A DNA stretch of 64,000 nucleotides from Bugula neritina. Lineage: Eukaryota; Animalia; Bryozoa. The DNA lies in NCBI GenBank assembly GCA_964035545.1, contig OZ037766.1, forward strand, positions 19,766,767-19,830,766, given 5' to 3'. Below, in pieces: positions 1 through 15,000 of the stretch; within the stretch, counting starts at the first letter, position 1, and each line of letters opens with the position of its first letter. The notes beneath the pieces are model-generated. The model was not told the origin of the DNA. It made no database searches and was given only the letters and a program-made list of their open reading frames with translations. Made by a program: the position numbers and the translations under genes.

Positions 1-3000
1 TGCTTGACCATGTCAGCTGGGACAATGAAGGACATAAATGATGCAGTGATTAGGAAAACCCATACCAATGCAACATGTGTAAATATTTTTATTAGCTTTT
101 CTGTATTGTACTGTCTCATTATTTATATATAGTCATTCATTTTAATACTTCACATTATATGCCATAGTTAAAGGGTTTTAATGAATGTATTTAGTAAATA
201 AAAGTGAATAATTTTGTCACATTAAAAATTTTAGTTTTTAACTTCTTTCATTGCTGAAAAATAAAATAGGGATTTTCATTTCATCCTTCGATTTGGCATA
301 GTAAAAGGTTGCATTTGTGTAAGGGCTGTATGATAGATTTTCAACATTGAGACATTTATACATAGATGTGAACACACTTTAATATTATTTACATTGACAT
401 CACCATTATGCAAAAGCCTTTATGTCGACCTAAGCATGTATAAATCATGTCATCAGTTTAAGGGCTAAATCTTTAGAACTGTAAAATTGGTTAAACTAAT
501 GCTGGGATAATTGCAAAATAGTTTTATTCACCCAACAAATAATGATGCAAATATCTTCTTCACAAAAGTGCAGATCACACCATGCAAGTACTGGTAAGCT
601 AATATTTTAAAAGTTTGGAAAATTGGTAATTATATTTATGAAGCTCCTACAGCTAGATGCAATAGTAATTAAAGTTGATGTATTACAACTGTACCTAGAT
701 AAGAAGGCTCTTATGCTGTGCCATCACCCATATTACTTGGTTAGTTATAGAATGCATCTATGACAATCTTTTCTATCTATGGCATATAGGATTGCCTCTA
801 TTTTTTTTATAAAATGTGAAATCAACAGTATAATAAAGTGAAGTTTGTAGTAAAATTGCATGGTGTTGTTTTAATATTTCCATTATGTGATTAAAGTTTC
901 CCAGTTCTTCAAATATGAAAATTTCTCAGATGCTGTTTTGTCTAACCTGCTAAAGATATTTTATTCAGTATGAAACTGCCTTCATGTTTCTTGGGAGCTC
1001 CACAAATGACGCAGCTTGCGTTGATGACCTGAACCTGGACGAAGTGTCTCTCACCTTTACATACAGTGTCTTGATGTCCAAGTCTGAATTCACCGGCTAC
1101 AATAACAGCAACTTTAGGTACTCTCTTTATTCTGTTAAATCTAGAACATAATCTAAGAGTGGTTGTTCTAGGTGGGTAGAGAAGTCTCTCTCTAATGAGA
1201 ATGAGCTGTATAGGTTCACTAAATAAAATTTAACTAATTGCAACTGATGAGCGGCATATGCTGGTCTTATCTGCCATTAATCTAGTTGCTATGGACAGCC
1301 TAAGGCTATGCTAAAATTTGCAACTTAAGGGATTTTCGTTTCATATATCATATAATGAATTTATTCATATTGGTTTAGACTTAAGAGTGTGACTAGTCAT
1401 GTTGTGTTCCTGAATGATTAAGGATTGTTAGCAAGAGAAAGTTTTAAGCTGCAAAGGCAAGATATAGGCAGTCCTGAGTTATATTGGCTTAGTTTTATGT
1501 TTCATGTATTTTTTAGCCTAGTTTGTGGGTCAGCATATATGAATTATGCTAGGATTTGGATTGTGGCTGAGACACTGGTTCTCCATTATGCTAATGAAAC
1601 ATACTCGGTATGTACAAATATATTCTGTGTAAAGGTACAGACATTATTCCACATTATTTAATGTTATGTAAGCATTTCAATACTGACGAGTGAGAGAGTG
1701 AGTTGGAAACTAGTTTCTGGAGTTTAGTTATCTTACAAAGGCAAAACTACATTACAATATTTAGTTGCAAATTAAGTGGAAGTCTAAAATTTGATAAAAT
1801 GAAGTAAAAGAATTAAATATGAAGCGCTCTTGAACTATGAGATTTTATTTTATAGTTTGATAGCGTCTGCACTGATTTGTTCAGACCTGTGTTTTAAATT
1901 ATACAGTTTTGACTTGTATAATCGGACGTTTTCAGATACATGTGTATTTTTTATTAGTAGGGTTGTACAATGATTTAGTTACTACTGGGAAAAATCTTAG
2001 CAACTTTTGTATTATTCTCATAATACTAAATTTCACATATGGTATTTGTGAACTTCTAAAACCCGCACATCTAAATTGCAGGAACATGGATATGTTGAGT
2101 GGGCATTTTATGTACTGTACTTTTAAAAATCTTAGTAGTCACATTTTGAGTACCTTGTTTTAAATAACTTTGTATTTTTTATCTGTAAATTAAATTTCTA
2201 GTTGGTTTCATAATGGTTCTGAACAATATAATTTTTTGTTTTGCAAACTTTGTAAATTTGGGGAAAGTTACAGTTGCAGTCTTATGTAACAATCACCACT
2301 ATGTTGTTAGATTTTTTGCTACGGTTCAAATTGCTTGTGAAATTTTGTCCAAGTTAGCAAGATGATATACTCTATTTTCTTGAAAGCATTTAGTTCTTTC
2401 GCTGTTTTCTCCTCTTCAAATTTAATCCTAATCACATACACATGCTTGGGAATTAAAAACATTTACTTGTTAAAACCTATAACTCAGCTGGTTTACTTAA
2501 CACACGTAGAATTCGTCATCTGCAGAGATGTCACATGATATAATCTTACCAGATTCGTTTCCTATTGGCCTTACATCTGCTATTGTCGTCAATGCCTACG
2601 TCCCAGACCTATACTTCAATGTAAGTTTTTTTAATTAATCATTTTGTGCGAGGGTGGCAGTTAACATAGTTTGAAATTATGGCACTGTGCACTCGGATGA
2701 TGGGTGCTGTAGCTTTTTCCCTACTTTTGTCTCGTTCTGTACTCTGTTCTAAGGTTATTATATTGTAAATATGTTGTCATAGACGTCAGCATTTCAAAGT
2801 CTTTGGTCTATATTTTATATTCCATATTTTATTTAGTTGATAATACAATCCAAGTATAACATAAACATACTTGAGGCATGTTTGCCATTTTATAAATATG
2901 TTTTAGTTTTATTTAACCTTGTTTATTGTAGCTTACCGTAGACCTCTTTATTCCAACCAATGTGTCTATGAGTGATGACCTCCTCACATTGTGTGATGTC

Positions 3001-6000
3001 AGCATAGTGGATGTGGGAGACAACTTCCAATTCTTTGATAGACAACCTGTGAAAATATCTCGGCATTTTAGCCCCTCGAAACTTACAACTGAGCAGCTAA
3101 TTGTCCAGTATCCAAATATTATCAACTTTGGATATGGTAGGTTGTAGCAACAGTAGTGTCAGGTAAAGCATCTGTGAAAGGAAATGTTCAATGGCTGCAT
3201 TTTAAAATATTTGAGCAAATAATGCTAGATTGAGCATATTTATTTAAATTTATTTCTTTAAGATTTAAACAAAACTGTTGAAAATGTACTACAAAGTAGT
3301 ATTTTTCTGTCAACTCATGTCAGCACATTGTGTATGTGTATTTAGACCCTTCAGCCACCGAAACCTCGCTGGACAATTTGATTGCTCTGCAATTTTGCGT
3401 ACCAGTCTCTGATAATGCTGAACTAATTGGTGAGACTGCATCTATCGGTGCAGCTATCTACTCGGGCACTAGCTTCCTCGTGGCTGACATACCTCTCAAC
3501 ATTACTGACCGCCCACCAAGTGAAAAAATGGTAATCTAATTGTGTAGAAATATGTTTTTCTATATACAGTGGAACAGCTGTGTTCACTTTGGCTATCAGT
3601 TTTATCTGTTATGTATGCGTTGCTACTGTGGAATGAAAAAGGTACCTAATAACTTTCAGACTTACAGTGTGGCCGAATTTCGCATTTGTTAGTGATAGAA
3701 TTGTGAAACAAATAGTAATAGCAACAGGTATATATTCATGTACAACAATATATAATATTTATATGTAATCTAATTAACAGAAACTTTAAATTATATCTTC
3801 TGTCCATGCACTGTATAAAATGATAGAAATAGCTGATGATGAATGAACCCCAGCACATGGTATGTGTACCAGCCAATCAGCTAGTATTAATAAAAATTTA
3901 GTGACTAGAAAAAAAGAAAATTTATTTGCGAGTGTCTAGCCACACTCACTAGGTTTAACCTACCATTGGAAGATGCGGCAGGACTGTTTAGCTTTTAGGT
4001 TAGAATGCCATGGTGAATGGTTCAAATTAAGTTTGCTTAAATTAAACCAAACAATTTGTTGAGTTCTTGAAACTGCTGTAATGCTTTGGGTTTTCAGATC
4101 ATTTAAAGGCATGCTTTTTGAGTTTGCTGTAATGTTATAGTCTCTAGACATGTTCAGCAACATGAAATATTTTATATTTCAACATACCTTATTGATGTTT
4201 AACAAGTGTTGTATGAGTAACTGTATGTTTAAATACCTACCTGATAAGCACCCTGCTTTTGTACTTGTGTGGTATGTGAATACTCAGCCATATAAAGTGT
4301 AACATTAATTGTTGTTTTTATTCTGTTTCTACCTTTTACTTTGTAAGAGTAAGAACCCTAACATCAGTTCCTATACGTCATCAGACTCAGTCGGCCCACA
4401 GGAAGTGCTTACCTACACTGTAATGATGGACATCCCTCGAGAGACAAACTACCGCTACAAAGCTGAGAGTCTCGTCTTGTTTGATACCAACAACCCCAAG
4501 TTAGTGTCTGTTCTAATTTATATAGTGAGTGCTCGAAAAGTCTTACTAGTTCTGTGTTATTAATGTAAACTCACAACATAATAGCAACTTCTAATTTAAC
4601 ATTTCTTGCTAAATTTGTTTTAAATAATGAAACGAAAACTTTTAGCATTAAAATATTAGCCTTTGAGGTGAAATCTGAGATGGAAGGTTGAGCAGTGAGT
4701 TATAGATGGCATCTTTGAACTGGTATAATTAAAAAGTCTTATAATTTTGGGCTCAAGAGTATTACACTCCTTTGTTAAAGTGCATTAATGTATGTACAGG
4801 CCCTAGAGTAGTCTGGTAGGATGAAGAATGAGTTACTATATAGAATTGCTCTCGTAAATAGTAGAGGAGTTAGGCTCATCCTCACCACTTTTTGGAAGTA
4901 TTCTTTCAGTAAATTATTATAGCATGTATGTGATATATATGATATTTTAAATTATAATACACAATTAACAAATCATGCATGGGGAAATTATATAATTAAA
5001 CTAGATTACATTTCAAGTAAGCCATTTTCAATAAACCTTCATCAAAAATGCTTTCTTATGAATAATTGCCGTAAATGTATTATAGTACATTTGGCAACAT
5101 TTTTTATGTGTTAATTTTTATTCTGATGGGTGATATTTTGAACTTATTTCACAAAGGCTGCAGGTGTGTGGAGTAAATATAATAGAGCACGGTGCTAATT
5201 TGCCTTGTCTCGGTGGACAGACAACTACTACTACATATAGAAGACACTCTGCGGACTACGTTAACCACCTCCAGAAAGATCTAGGGTACATCGCGAACGT
5301 TGGCTCAGTGAATGACACTTCAGCAGACAGTCTTAAGTGAGGCTAAACTCGATTCAATTAACAAAAAATGTTGCTCACTTTTGAGCAGTTACGATTCAAT
5401 GATTCATTGTACTAGAGTACCCGGCTATATTCAGTACTTTTACATTGTTGCCTTGCATCTTGTAACTTTTATCATATATGTTACCACATGCCATTGTGGT
5501 CCTAATCCGCGTAACTGTCAACCTATTTGTAAATCTGCAAACATTTAGCAATCAGACAGCTTTTCAACTTCATATACTCATAAATTTTTTAGAGTTGGTT
5601 CATTTGTAGAAAGTGAATTTGTATAATACCGTCATTTAATAAAATGATAGCATTCACAGAGACGAAACTTGCTTTAGGAAACTGTTGAATAAAATTGTTT
5701 AGGGTTAAGTGTGGTAATACTCTAGAGTCAAGTGTGGTAATATTCTAGGGTTGAGTGTGGTAATACTCTAGGGTTGAGTGTGGTAATATTCTAGGGTTGA
5801 GTGTAGTAATACTCTAGGGTTAAGTGTGGTAATATTCTAGGGTTGAGTGTGGTAATACTCTAGGGTTAAGTGTGGTAATACTCTAGGGTTGAGTGTGGTA
5901 ATACTCTAGGGTTGAGTGTGGTAATACTCTAGGGTTGAGTGTGGTAATACTCTAGGGTTGAGTGTGGTAATATTCTGGGGTTGAGTGTGGTAATACTCTA

Positions 6001-9000
6001 GGGTTGAATGTGGTAATACTCTAGGGTTGAGTGTGGTAATATTCTAGGGTTAAGTGTGGTAATATTCTAAGGTTGAGTGTGGTAATACTCTAGGGTTGAG
6101 TGTGGTAATACTTTAAGGTTGAGTGTGGTAATACTCTAGGGTTGAGCTCTACTTCTCGCTCACTGATGACTATGTACCAGACCCGAACACAGACGGCAAT
6201 ACTTCGAATGTGGTTGTCGGGATACAAGTTGGTGAAGACTCAATTTGGGTTATTCTCAAACAATTGAACATCACTGAGGTTGCTGGTGGCAATAACGCAC
6301 TGTTTTATGATAAATCTGTGAGTATCTCAAAGAACTTGTGTTCACTTGCTTGCAGTTGTTAAACCATTTTAATAATAATAATATCATGTTTATTTTATTT
6401 TGACCTTACACAAACTAATTTACTCTATCTTTAAATACTTGTGGCAAAATTCTAACATAATTTTTCCTTTGCCACCTTGCTGTAACTTGGAGTTTTCAAT
6501 TTTGCTAAATGTTTTTCCTTTCAATTATTTTATCAAAATATCCGGTGCTTCAATAGTTTATATAATTCTCCTAATTGTCCAAAACATTGTCAATAGCTGA
6601 TATATACAGAGCAATAAACTTATGTATATTTGCTTTTAACATCATTTTGTTTAAGTATGTCCAACTAATACTGTATTATATTATACATTCTATCATATTT
6701 TATGACAACAATTCAAAAGGTTAGGCGTTCAAAAATATAAACTACCTCTTATAGCTCGTATAGCTGCATATATTTATATTGCAGCTGCAAGACTTGCTCA
6801 CTTTCTCTGTTAGTAAACATGCTGACTCTGTCAGTGTGGGAGAGCAGTTCACTATTCGGCTTCATATGCATGTGTATCCTGGTTTAACACTCAGTAACTT
6901 TACCATTGATGTCTCTACCAACACCTCACTGGATGCCGTTCTTTTAGAGCTCACTGGGTAATGCACTGTTTACATGATGACATATTAACTTTAATGCGCA
7001 TAGTATTTTTGACCTCAAGTGGAAGGCAGTAGTTAAGCTAAGATAAAGATACTGGAAATTGTAAAGTATTTTGCTATTTATCTTTATAATTTTAGCCATA
7101 TCAGATATTTTCTCAAGCTGCAATGGTTTTTATATAGTTTAATTGGAGTGTTTAAAAGTTAGGTTTGTAAACATATTTTACTCTATAGCTTCCTTGCCTA
7201 TAAATCTACATGTAAGTGTATGTGGAGCCCATCATTAATTAAGACTTTATTTTGATTTAAAATTGGATGCTTTTGTCAGCTATACCATTATTTTATCCTG
7301 TTTTGCAACATCTACATACAGTACAGTTACTTCACTTACAGGGAGTATTTAAGAACATGAAATGTCAATATATCGTGATTTTTTTATTTGTTGTATTTTT
7401 AGATTTAAGGTTGTTTCGGTTGGTTCCAGTATACCCTGTTTATTTGACAGCAGCTTTCAGAAAAATTTGAAGTACATTCAGAGGTATATTTTACACTACT
7501 GTTACCACACTACTGTTACCACACCGTTGTTACCACACTGTTGTTACCACACTGTTGTTACCACACTACTGTTATACTACTCACAGCAGAGAATTGCTTT
7601 TCATCTGCAGTAAAATTTCATTGTAGCACAAACTCAGGTTTTAATGACAAGGCTGAGGCGAAACTTGACTCTATCACAAGCGTAGGACAGGCTGATGGTG
7701 ATCAACCCTTTAATCAGACTGCGAGAAATCTAGTAACATTTGAAGTGAACTTTACGGTCATATCTGCTCCTGAATATATCAGCAATGTCAAGGCCAACTC
7801 ATATTTTGGTGTTATGGCTGGAACTGATCAGGTCTGGGATGGAGAATCCTCTATTGAAGTTGATTATATTTCGAAAGTAAGCTGTTGAAACCTGTTTTGT
7901 TCAGGTTATTTTATTAACTGCTGTGAGGAGTCAGTTCTGATTGGACAGAAATCAGTTGCTAAAATAAAATATTAGTCATCTATTCTGCTTGAATTTACTC
8001 AGCATTTATTGTTTTTCTTATTTTTCAAGCAAAAGCCTCAATATACAAGACTTGCAATGATAAGCATAATACAGAACACTGTATCAACATCTTCGTATGA
8101 ACCTTTTATATTAAATTCCAATAGTATAAATGTACAGAGTGTACTACAATGCAAATTAACTGGCAATATTTTTAAGCCATTTTATTGCTGAGTGGGATGA
8201 ACATGTCAAGAAACAGCCTTTTATGTTTTATATTTACCTTTATTGTTTTATATTTATAGTTTATGTTTTCTTGAGGTTTGCCTCATTCTGAAAAGCTATG
8301 TAGTATAGTTTGTATAGCTAAGCTTTTCCCTACCACAACCGGTGTTGCAGCTGTTGATATGTTTCATGTGAGATAAAGTACTAGTTATGGTCTGATATAT
8401 GTAGGCACACCCACAGTTGGTACTGGAAAACCACACATCAGTGGAAGCTGGACAACTACTGCTATACCCTGTCAAAGTGAAACTATCTGGTAAAGGCCCT
8501 ACAACATATAACATGTCATTAACTGGGGTCAAAGATGCGCTCTCTCTCTGTCATGTTAGACTGAGCTCTCAACCTCCTGGAATTAGCACGGTTACTCTGG
8601 GCACTACAGAGGATCAACTCATCTCAACTGCCAATTTCACTTACAACCCAGGTTAAATTGCTTCTACATATTTTTTAGAATTATTAGACCGCGTTTGAAA
8701 TGTTTATGATGTTGCTATATTTTTAACCACCAGTTTGAAGAATCAAAGTGACCTAGTTGCCATGTCCACTGATGCAAAAACTGTTTAAACCTGTTTGTTA
8801 TCACTTGCTTATTATATTGTGAAAATGATCTTTAAAAATGTTTGAGTTTATATTGAGGGATAAACATTGGTTGGTTGAATAGTCAAATGGGATTTTTACA
8901 AAATGAGCTAAGTGACCTTGGTGGTTTATCGTGCCTATATAAAGTATCTTAAAAGACTGAATTGTAATATTTTTAATTTATTAACTAAGTATGAACTATT

Positions 9001-12000
9001 TTTCACCCACTCTGATTCTATATTGCAACTAATTTAAAATATTTGTTTCTAATCGATTTGTATCTAATCTAAAAGCGTGAATACGTTTTGTATGATTATT
9101 CCCAGGTACCCCCTCTTCAAACAGCCACACTAATTTAGAAATAACTTTCTACATAAAAGATTCAGCTAGAGAAGTTAACAGAGAGGATTCTGTCCAACTG
9201 GTACTAGAATATGATGGCTACACCATATTACAGGATATCACTGTTACCTCCATCCAACAGATTACTCCAGTAGGTTAATTAAAGCACAATGATTCTTTCC
9301 TGTGCCATAAGTTTGCTGCTTACTATATATTTAGGCATTTATTTTGTCATCAAGTTTGTTATTGTCGCAAAAAATACATACATTCACTTTGTCATGATGG
9401 TAATACAATAAGCATAAATATGATGAATAACATGAATATTTTTAGGGCAAACATAAATAAAAGCAATGTATGAAATGCATGTATAATTGACGTTACAATG
9501 TTGTGTATTAAGATTCCAGCCACTATCTTGTTACACAGTTGCGCATTAGTTTGTCTGCACTGGTTTTACTCTTAGAAATCATAGACAGTCAACGTATTTT
9601 ATTAATTTCATTATGAATTATGATGAATTTAGTTTGTTGGTGGTTTATTTTGCAATTTAGGTTTTATAGTCGAAACCGTATAAATATTACAATATAATGG
9701 ACTCATATAAAATAAAAGACTGGCAATACAACTAATGTTGCTTAGAGGTGCTCCTGCATTTAGCACATTTTTGTAGCAATAGCAAGCTTGAGCTATGATA
9801 AATTTCTTTAAAAATAAAAAAAATTCTCAACCAGCTGTATTTCATGGTGGGAATTTTATTTTGTAAAATTTCGTCTCAAGTCAAATTTAACTTCATGTTG
9901 TGTGAAATTTCAAACTTTCAAATTATATCAAAACTGGGAATAAAATTACAGGAACTTTTTATCATTTTTATCAAGTTGTGGTGTCATCTTCAGATTATTA
10001 GAGCATGAAATCTACTTTAAATATTTCAACGGCATATCACAGTTCACGACCTTTGGTGAGCATCTGGTCAGCATAGTTTTCGGCAGCAGCTCTGAGCCTT
10101 CGCCGGAACATGTAAGCTACCGAGAGTTCCCGCTGCGTGAAAGTCTTTGCAAAGGAAAGCATTGATTTCTTATTGCATCTCGCATATTTGTAGTCAGCCC
10201 CAACTTCCCTCGTCTCGTCTCACTTGGAAAGAATGAGAATAGATGCTACAGAAGTTAGCAACTCTCTAGATTTCATGCCAGGGGAAACCATAAGAATAAG
10301 ATTCACTGTTGAGTTTGATAGAGACTACCGCGACTACTACTCAGATAATATTAGTAAGTTTACCTTCTACCTACAAATAATGAATTGTTCACATGTGCCA
10401 CTTCGTTATAATAAGAATTAATAGATATGCTTAATTAAAGGGATTCTTTATTTATCATCTGTAGCAACTTGGTCAAACAAAATTTTGTTTCAACAAGGTC
10501 CATTATCAAAAAATAAAAACAAGCTAAAGTCAAAGCTTTTTAGTGTGATTTGTCATGATAATATGCTATTTGTGTATGTATAGGTGTATACAAGCATTGG
10601 CAGCTCACTATTATTGCTGTATTTGCTTAATTCTGCAGCCATCAGACTGAGTTCCCTCACCAACAAGCCTTACCACTTGTGTAGTATCCAATCTTTAAAA
10701 CTGGCAAGTTATGATGAGGAGGCTTTCCCCTGTGTCCTACCCAATGACATTCAGCAAGTCATAACAAACACAGATCTGGTTGAGTAAGTTATTTTACTGA
10801 ACTTTTAAATACATCATTATTAGATTGTTTAAAAAATGAAATCTTATGTTTTATGTTTTTTTGAAATTACCCTATTAGATTGTAATATGGAATGTTTACT
10901 CCAAATACATGGTGTACTGCTCTAGCATTTGAAAATAGAGAGAAAAATAGTGTTTATAACCTTCAGGAAGATATTGAATTATAGGTTAGAGAAAATCTCC
11001 CAGCTCTGGTGAAATTATATGCTGTTATCAGAGTTTAATAATGTGACTTTTTATGCATAAACTATTTTTAGAGGGAACACGGACAGTGCTATAGATTTAA
11101 ACTTGGGATTTGTTTGCTTGAATCCACCTGTTAACTCTACCCAAACAAAGTTCAAGGTAATTCTATGTACTATTATGTTATAGTGCTATTATGTTGATTA
11201 GCTTAACTCACTTTCATTACATTCCCATTGCTTCAAAATATGTAAATGTATTTTTAATTCGATGTTTGGGAACAGTTGCATCGAATGAAACCACATCCAT
11301 AAATTTATGCAAACCCTGAATTCTTCTGTACAAGCATTTGTAAGGATCCACTCAAAGCAATGAGAACTTAGTGTAAATCTACTTACATTTGTATAAATGC
11401 CTTTATTACGCTGTAATATATCATCTGTTGGACCTAAATGGTACACATAAAACTAGATGAAGATTCAAACCTCAAGATGAGCAAATTTTATCAATAATGG
11501 ATTCATCACTATCTGATGCAATGACCTCTAACTTGTGTTTCAGATGGTTTTTGAGGGCTTTGCAAACGCAAGGAGATCATTTTCCACCACAACCAATGCT
11601 CTCTTAGAAGCCACTCTCCATGCTGACAAAGGATCAGCTAGCAAGTCTGTCTTGAATCTTACGAGAGTTCTGGATCCACTGGCTCACGATGGTTTAACGA
11701 ACATAACTGGCCATGATGTAAGCTGTGAGAGTGTAAATATTCGTAGTTACGATCAATATGTAGCTATTGTTCAGTTATTTTTACCATCAATAGCAGTAAA
11801 TTTCTTTTAATCTGGGTTCTTGGGTTATATGTTTTGTTATTTTTTTCTTAATTCCTAATTGCTCATAAACGGAAATATTAAAGTTTGGAGTTGTTATATT
11901 ACATGTGTCTCTTAGTGTACGATTGCCTTAAAGTTTATGAAGCATTCAATTCCTTTGTTCACCCCCTTTCCAACTGGCTGTGTTTTAGCTTGCCATGTCA

Positions 12001-15000
12001 AGTAGTACCATGAATAACTCTGTGGCTATCAATAAATACTTCACTGTTGATATGAACTTCTCTATTCCTCTCCACTCCAATGTCTACATTGAGATTTCTC
12101 TCAGCCAAGCTGACTCTAGCTTTCAGTATTCTGACTCCATCCAGGTTGTTAGTGCAGGTGAACTTAAAAATTTTATTGTAATATATCAGAGTAGCATGTA
12201 GAAACTTTTTCACAGTGCCAACTAAAGCCTGCTAAAAACAAATTATATATATTCACAATAATTGGTGATTTTTGTGACTTTGTCCCCAATTGTTTTGATA
12301 TTTTTTGGTCTTTGCAGGCAAGTTGATTATGTTGGTAAACTACTTCTGCTTTTTTAGATTTATTACGCAGCAATTATAGCATCATACTGTGTAATTCTTT
12401 TATGTTATTAAATACATTCAACTGAACATAAGCCCAGTTATTAGATGACAGTCGACTAAAAATACTGTCATTTATTTCAAAATCTTCATTCCTAACAGAA
12501 CTTTGATAGTAAGGGATATTAAGGGAGCTAAAGGTCGTGCCCCTTACTATGTTGCCAACATGGTTTGAAGAACTTCACTGTAGCTCAGAAGCTCAGTTGC
12601 TTGAAGTTATGACATACATGTGCGTCATGCTAGTCTAACCAAAATTATTAATTGTGGTTAATTTAGGTTTCTTCGTGAAGAAACTTCAAGAGTAGCCAAA
12701 ATTTCTGAATAACTCTAATATGACCTTGTTTGAATATGTACAGTATGTGAGTGTGTGTGAGTGTGCGTGTATGTGAGTATGCTTATACTTTCAATGTTCT
12801 GCAGTGCATGCATCTACCATTTGTCAACTATGTGCAGGTGCTAATATTGCTGGGGTCTATGAACAAGAACTAGAGTTGCAGCCTATTACATACATTAATA
12901 GAACTCAGCAAATTGGTAGTGCTGCAGCTGTGATGGGAGTCGTCACATCACCTGGTGAGCTTGTGTCATGATATTTCTGGTTTTATTATTATAGACTACA
13001 GATTAATATCATAAATAAATGGTGAACTAATGATGAAAATTAAATATATAGGGATATAGTAGGTTCGTATAGTTCAATTAGTCATTTATTTTTATTACTA
13101 TTAAGTTGAATTGACAACTTTATTTTATGCTGATTAGGGGACAATTTTTTCGCCAACTACTATTTGCAGATTGAGTCAATGTTACTATTATATTTTAGGA
13201 ATTTGCAACTTTTCTATTTTTAAGCACTCGAAGTCAAGTTTCAGTTTATAGTATAGGAGTTGATACGCTCGTAATATACAAGCACAACTTATGTTAAATA
13301 ATGTAAATATTGTTTATATTCATATTGTAGGAACTCAATCAAGTCAAACTGAAGCAAATGATGTGACTGTGAAATTGAAAATGATGCTTGTTGATTCAGC
13401 TCATGCCACAAATCAAAGTGAACATAGTTTCACCATTGATATTCTGTACAATGGCGGCAGGTTGAAACTGTCACATACTGTGAATGTGACGGCTTTACGG
13501 ACAAGCACTGAGCAGCCTCGTTTAAGCATTGCAGCCAGTTCTGACTGCTCATCTTCACTGACCAATGGGTGCCTATAGTTATTATTTATTAATGCAAAAC
13601 TATACAGGCTTTACAATATTTTGAGAAACAAGTTTTACTGGTTAATGACTGGGTACAGCTGTAACTGAACTGATACATTCCACAAGTAAATTTGTAGCAT
13701 TGGAAAATAGAACTAAACTTTCAATAATCGTTATGCTTTTATTACTTTTGTAGAGATGTTTTCAACATTAACTTTGATATTAAGCACATGGAGAACTCAA
13801 CAGCAGTAGCAACAAATGTCACGGTGAGTGTTCCCATGTAAAACTTATCTTAACATTTAAAGTCCAAAATAAGCACGAGATTTCAGTCGAATCAAAGTGA
13901 ATGTAAGCTTTGCTATACCAGCTGTTCACCCTTTATCCACATGCAAATTTCATTGCTAATTTTAAGTATTTTTGTAACTTTTATTCACATTTTCTTCGTG
14001 AAATTTGAAACCTGTTGTAGGTGGCGATTTTACTGACTCCATTTCTTGGGTTTTCAAGCATAACTGAGTTCAGACAGAAAGTCCGTAGCTCATATCCACC
14101 CAGGGTGGAGATCCAAAAGTCCATCAGATTTATCGTAAGTATTAGTAATTATTGCTTAGTTATTAGTAAAACCATTAAAACGAATTATATTGGGGTGTGA
14201 CTAAAATGGGTGGCCACCCAGTGTCGCAGTCCGTGACACCCATTTTAGTCACCCCCCCCCCTTATGACTAAAATGGGTGTCATGGACCATGACACCGGGT
14301 GGCCACCCATTTTAGTCACACCCATTATATTGGTTCTGCCGGTTAAAATTTATTTGATTTTAGATTTTTAAAACTGGTTAGTTAATTAATGCCATCAATA
14401 TATTATTATACATGTGTCGAGATGCAAGCAATGTTCTTGTTGGTAACTCCTTCATCAACATTACATTATCAGCATTACATTGCCAGCTTTACATGCTTTT
14501 GTGTATGGTTGGGTGACAATGACATAATAGCCATAATACATTTGAAATACTGATCATGAAAATAAATTGTTTTATCACTAAAACATAAATTTAGGATATC
14601 AGTTGTCGGTTTAAATAATATGACTGCATACAAACTTATTTCAACAAACACAAAAATTTACTTTCTTGTAACACAGACACCTAAAGTGCTCAGCAAATTT
14701 ATTTTTAGTCTTTTTGATTGCTGAGAATTCTCATTTAACTAACAATTTTAAGTTATTTTCAAGTGACCCATAAACATGCATTCCTGAGACATATTTATGA
14801 CACATATTTATTACATTGAATCACTTTGTATATTGATAGATGTTTTAACATTTGATCTGCAACTATGTAATTCAGAGTAGCTTATGTACTGCGCAATAAT
14901 ACTTTGTTGGTGGTACTTTGCTGTAAAACAAAATATATCATTTCTGCTTTTATTTGAACAGGGATTTGTTTCATTTTAGATTCCAGAACTGACTATGTTT

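Noticed and set aside
5700-6146. CRISPR array or telomeric repeat (the unit contains TAGGGTT)
   Set aside because: There are no unique spacers, the context is a eukaryotic intron, and the motif is explained by the acceptor/exon junction sequence.
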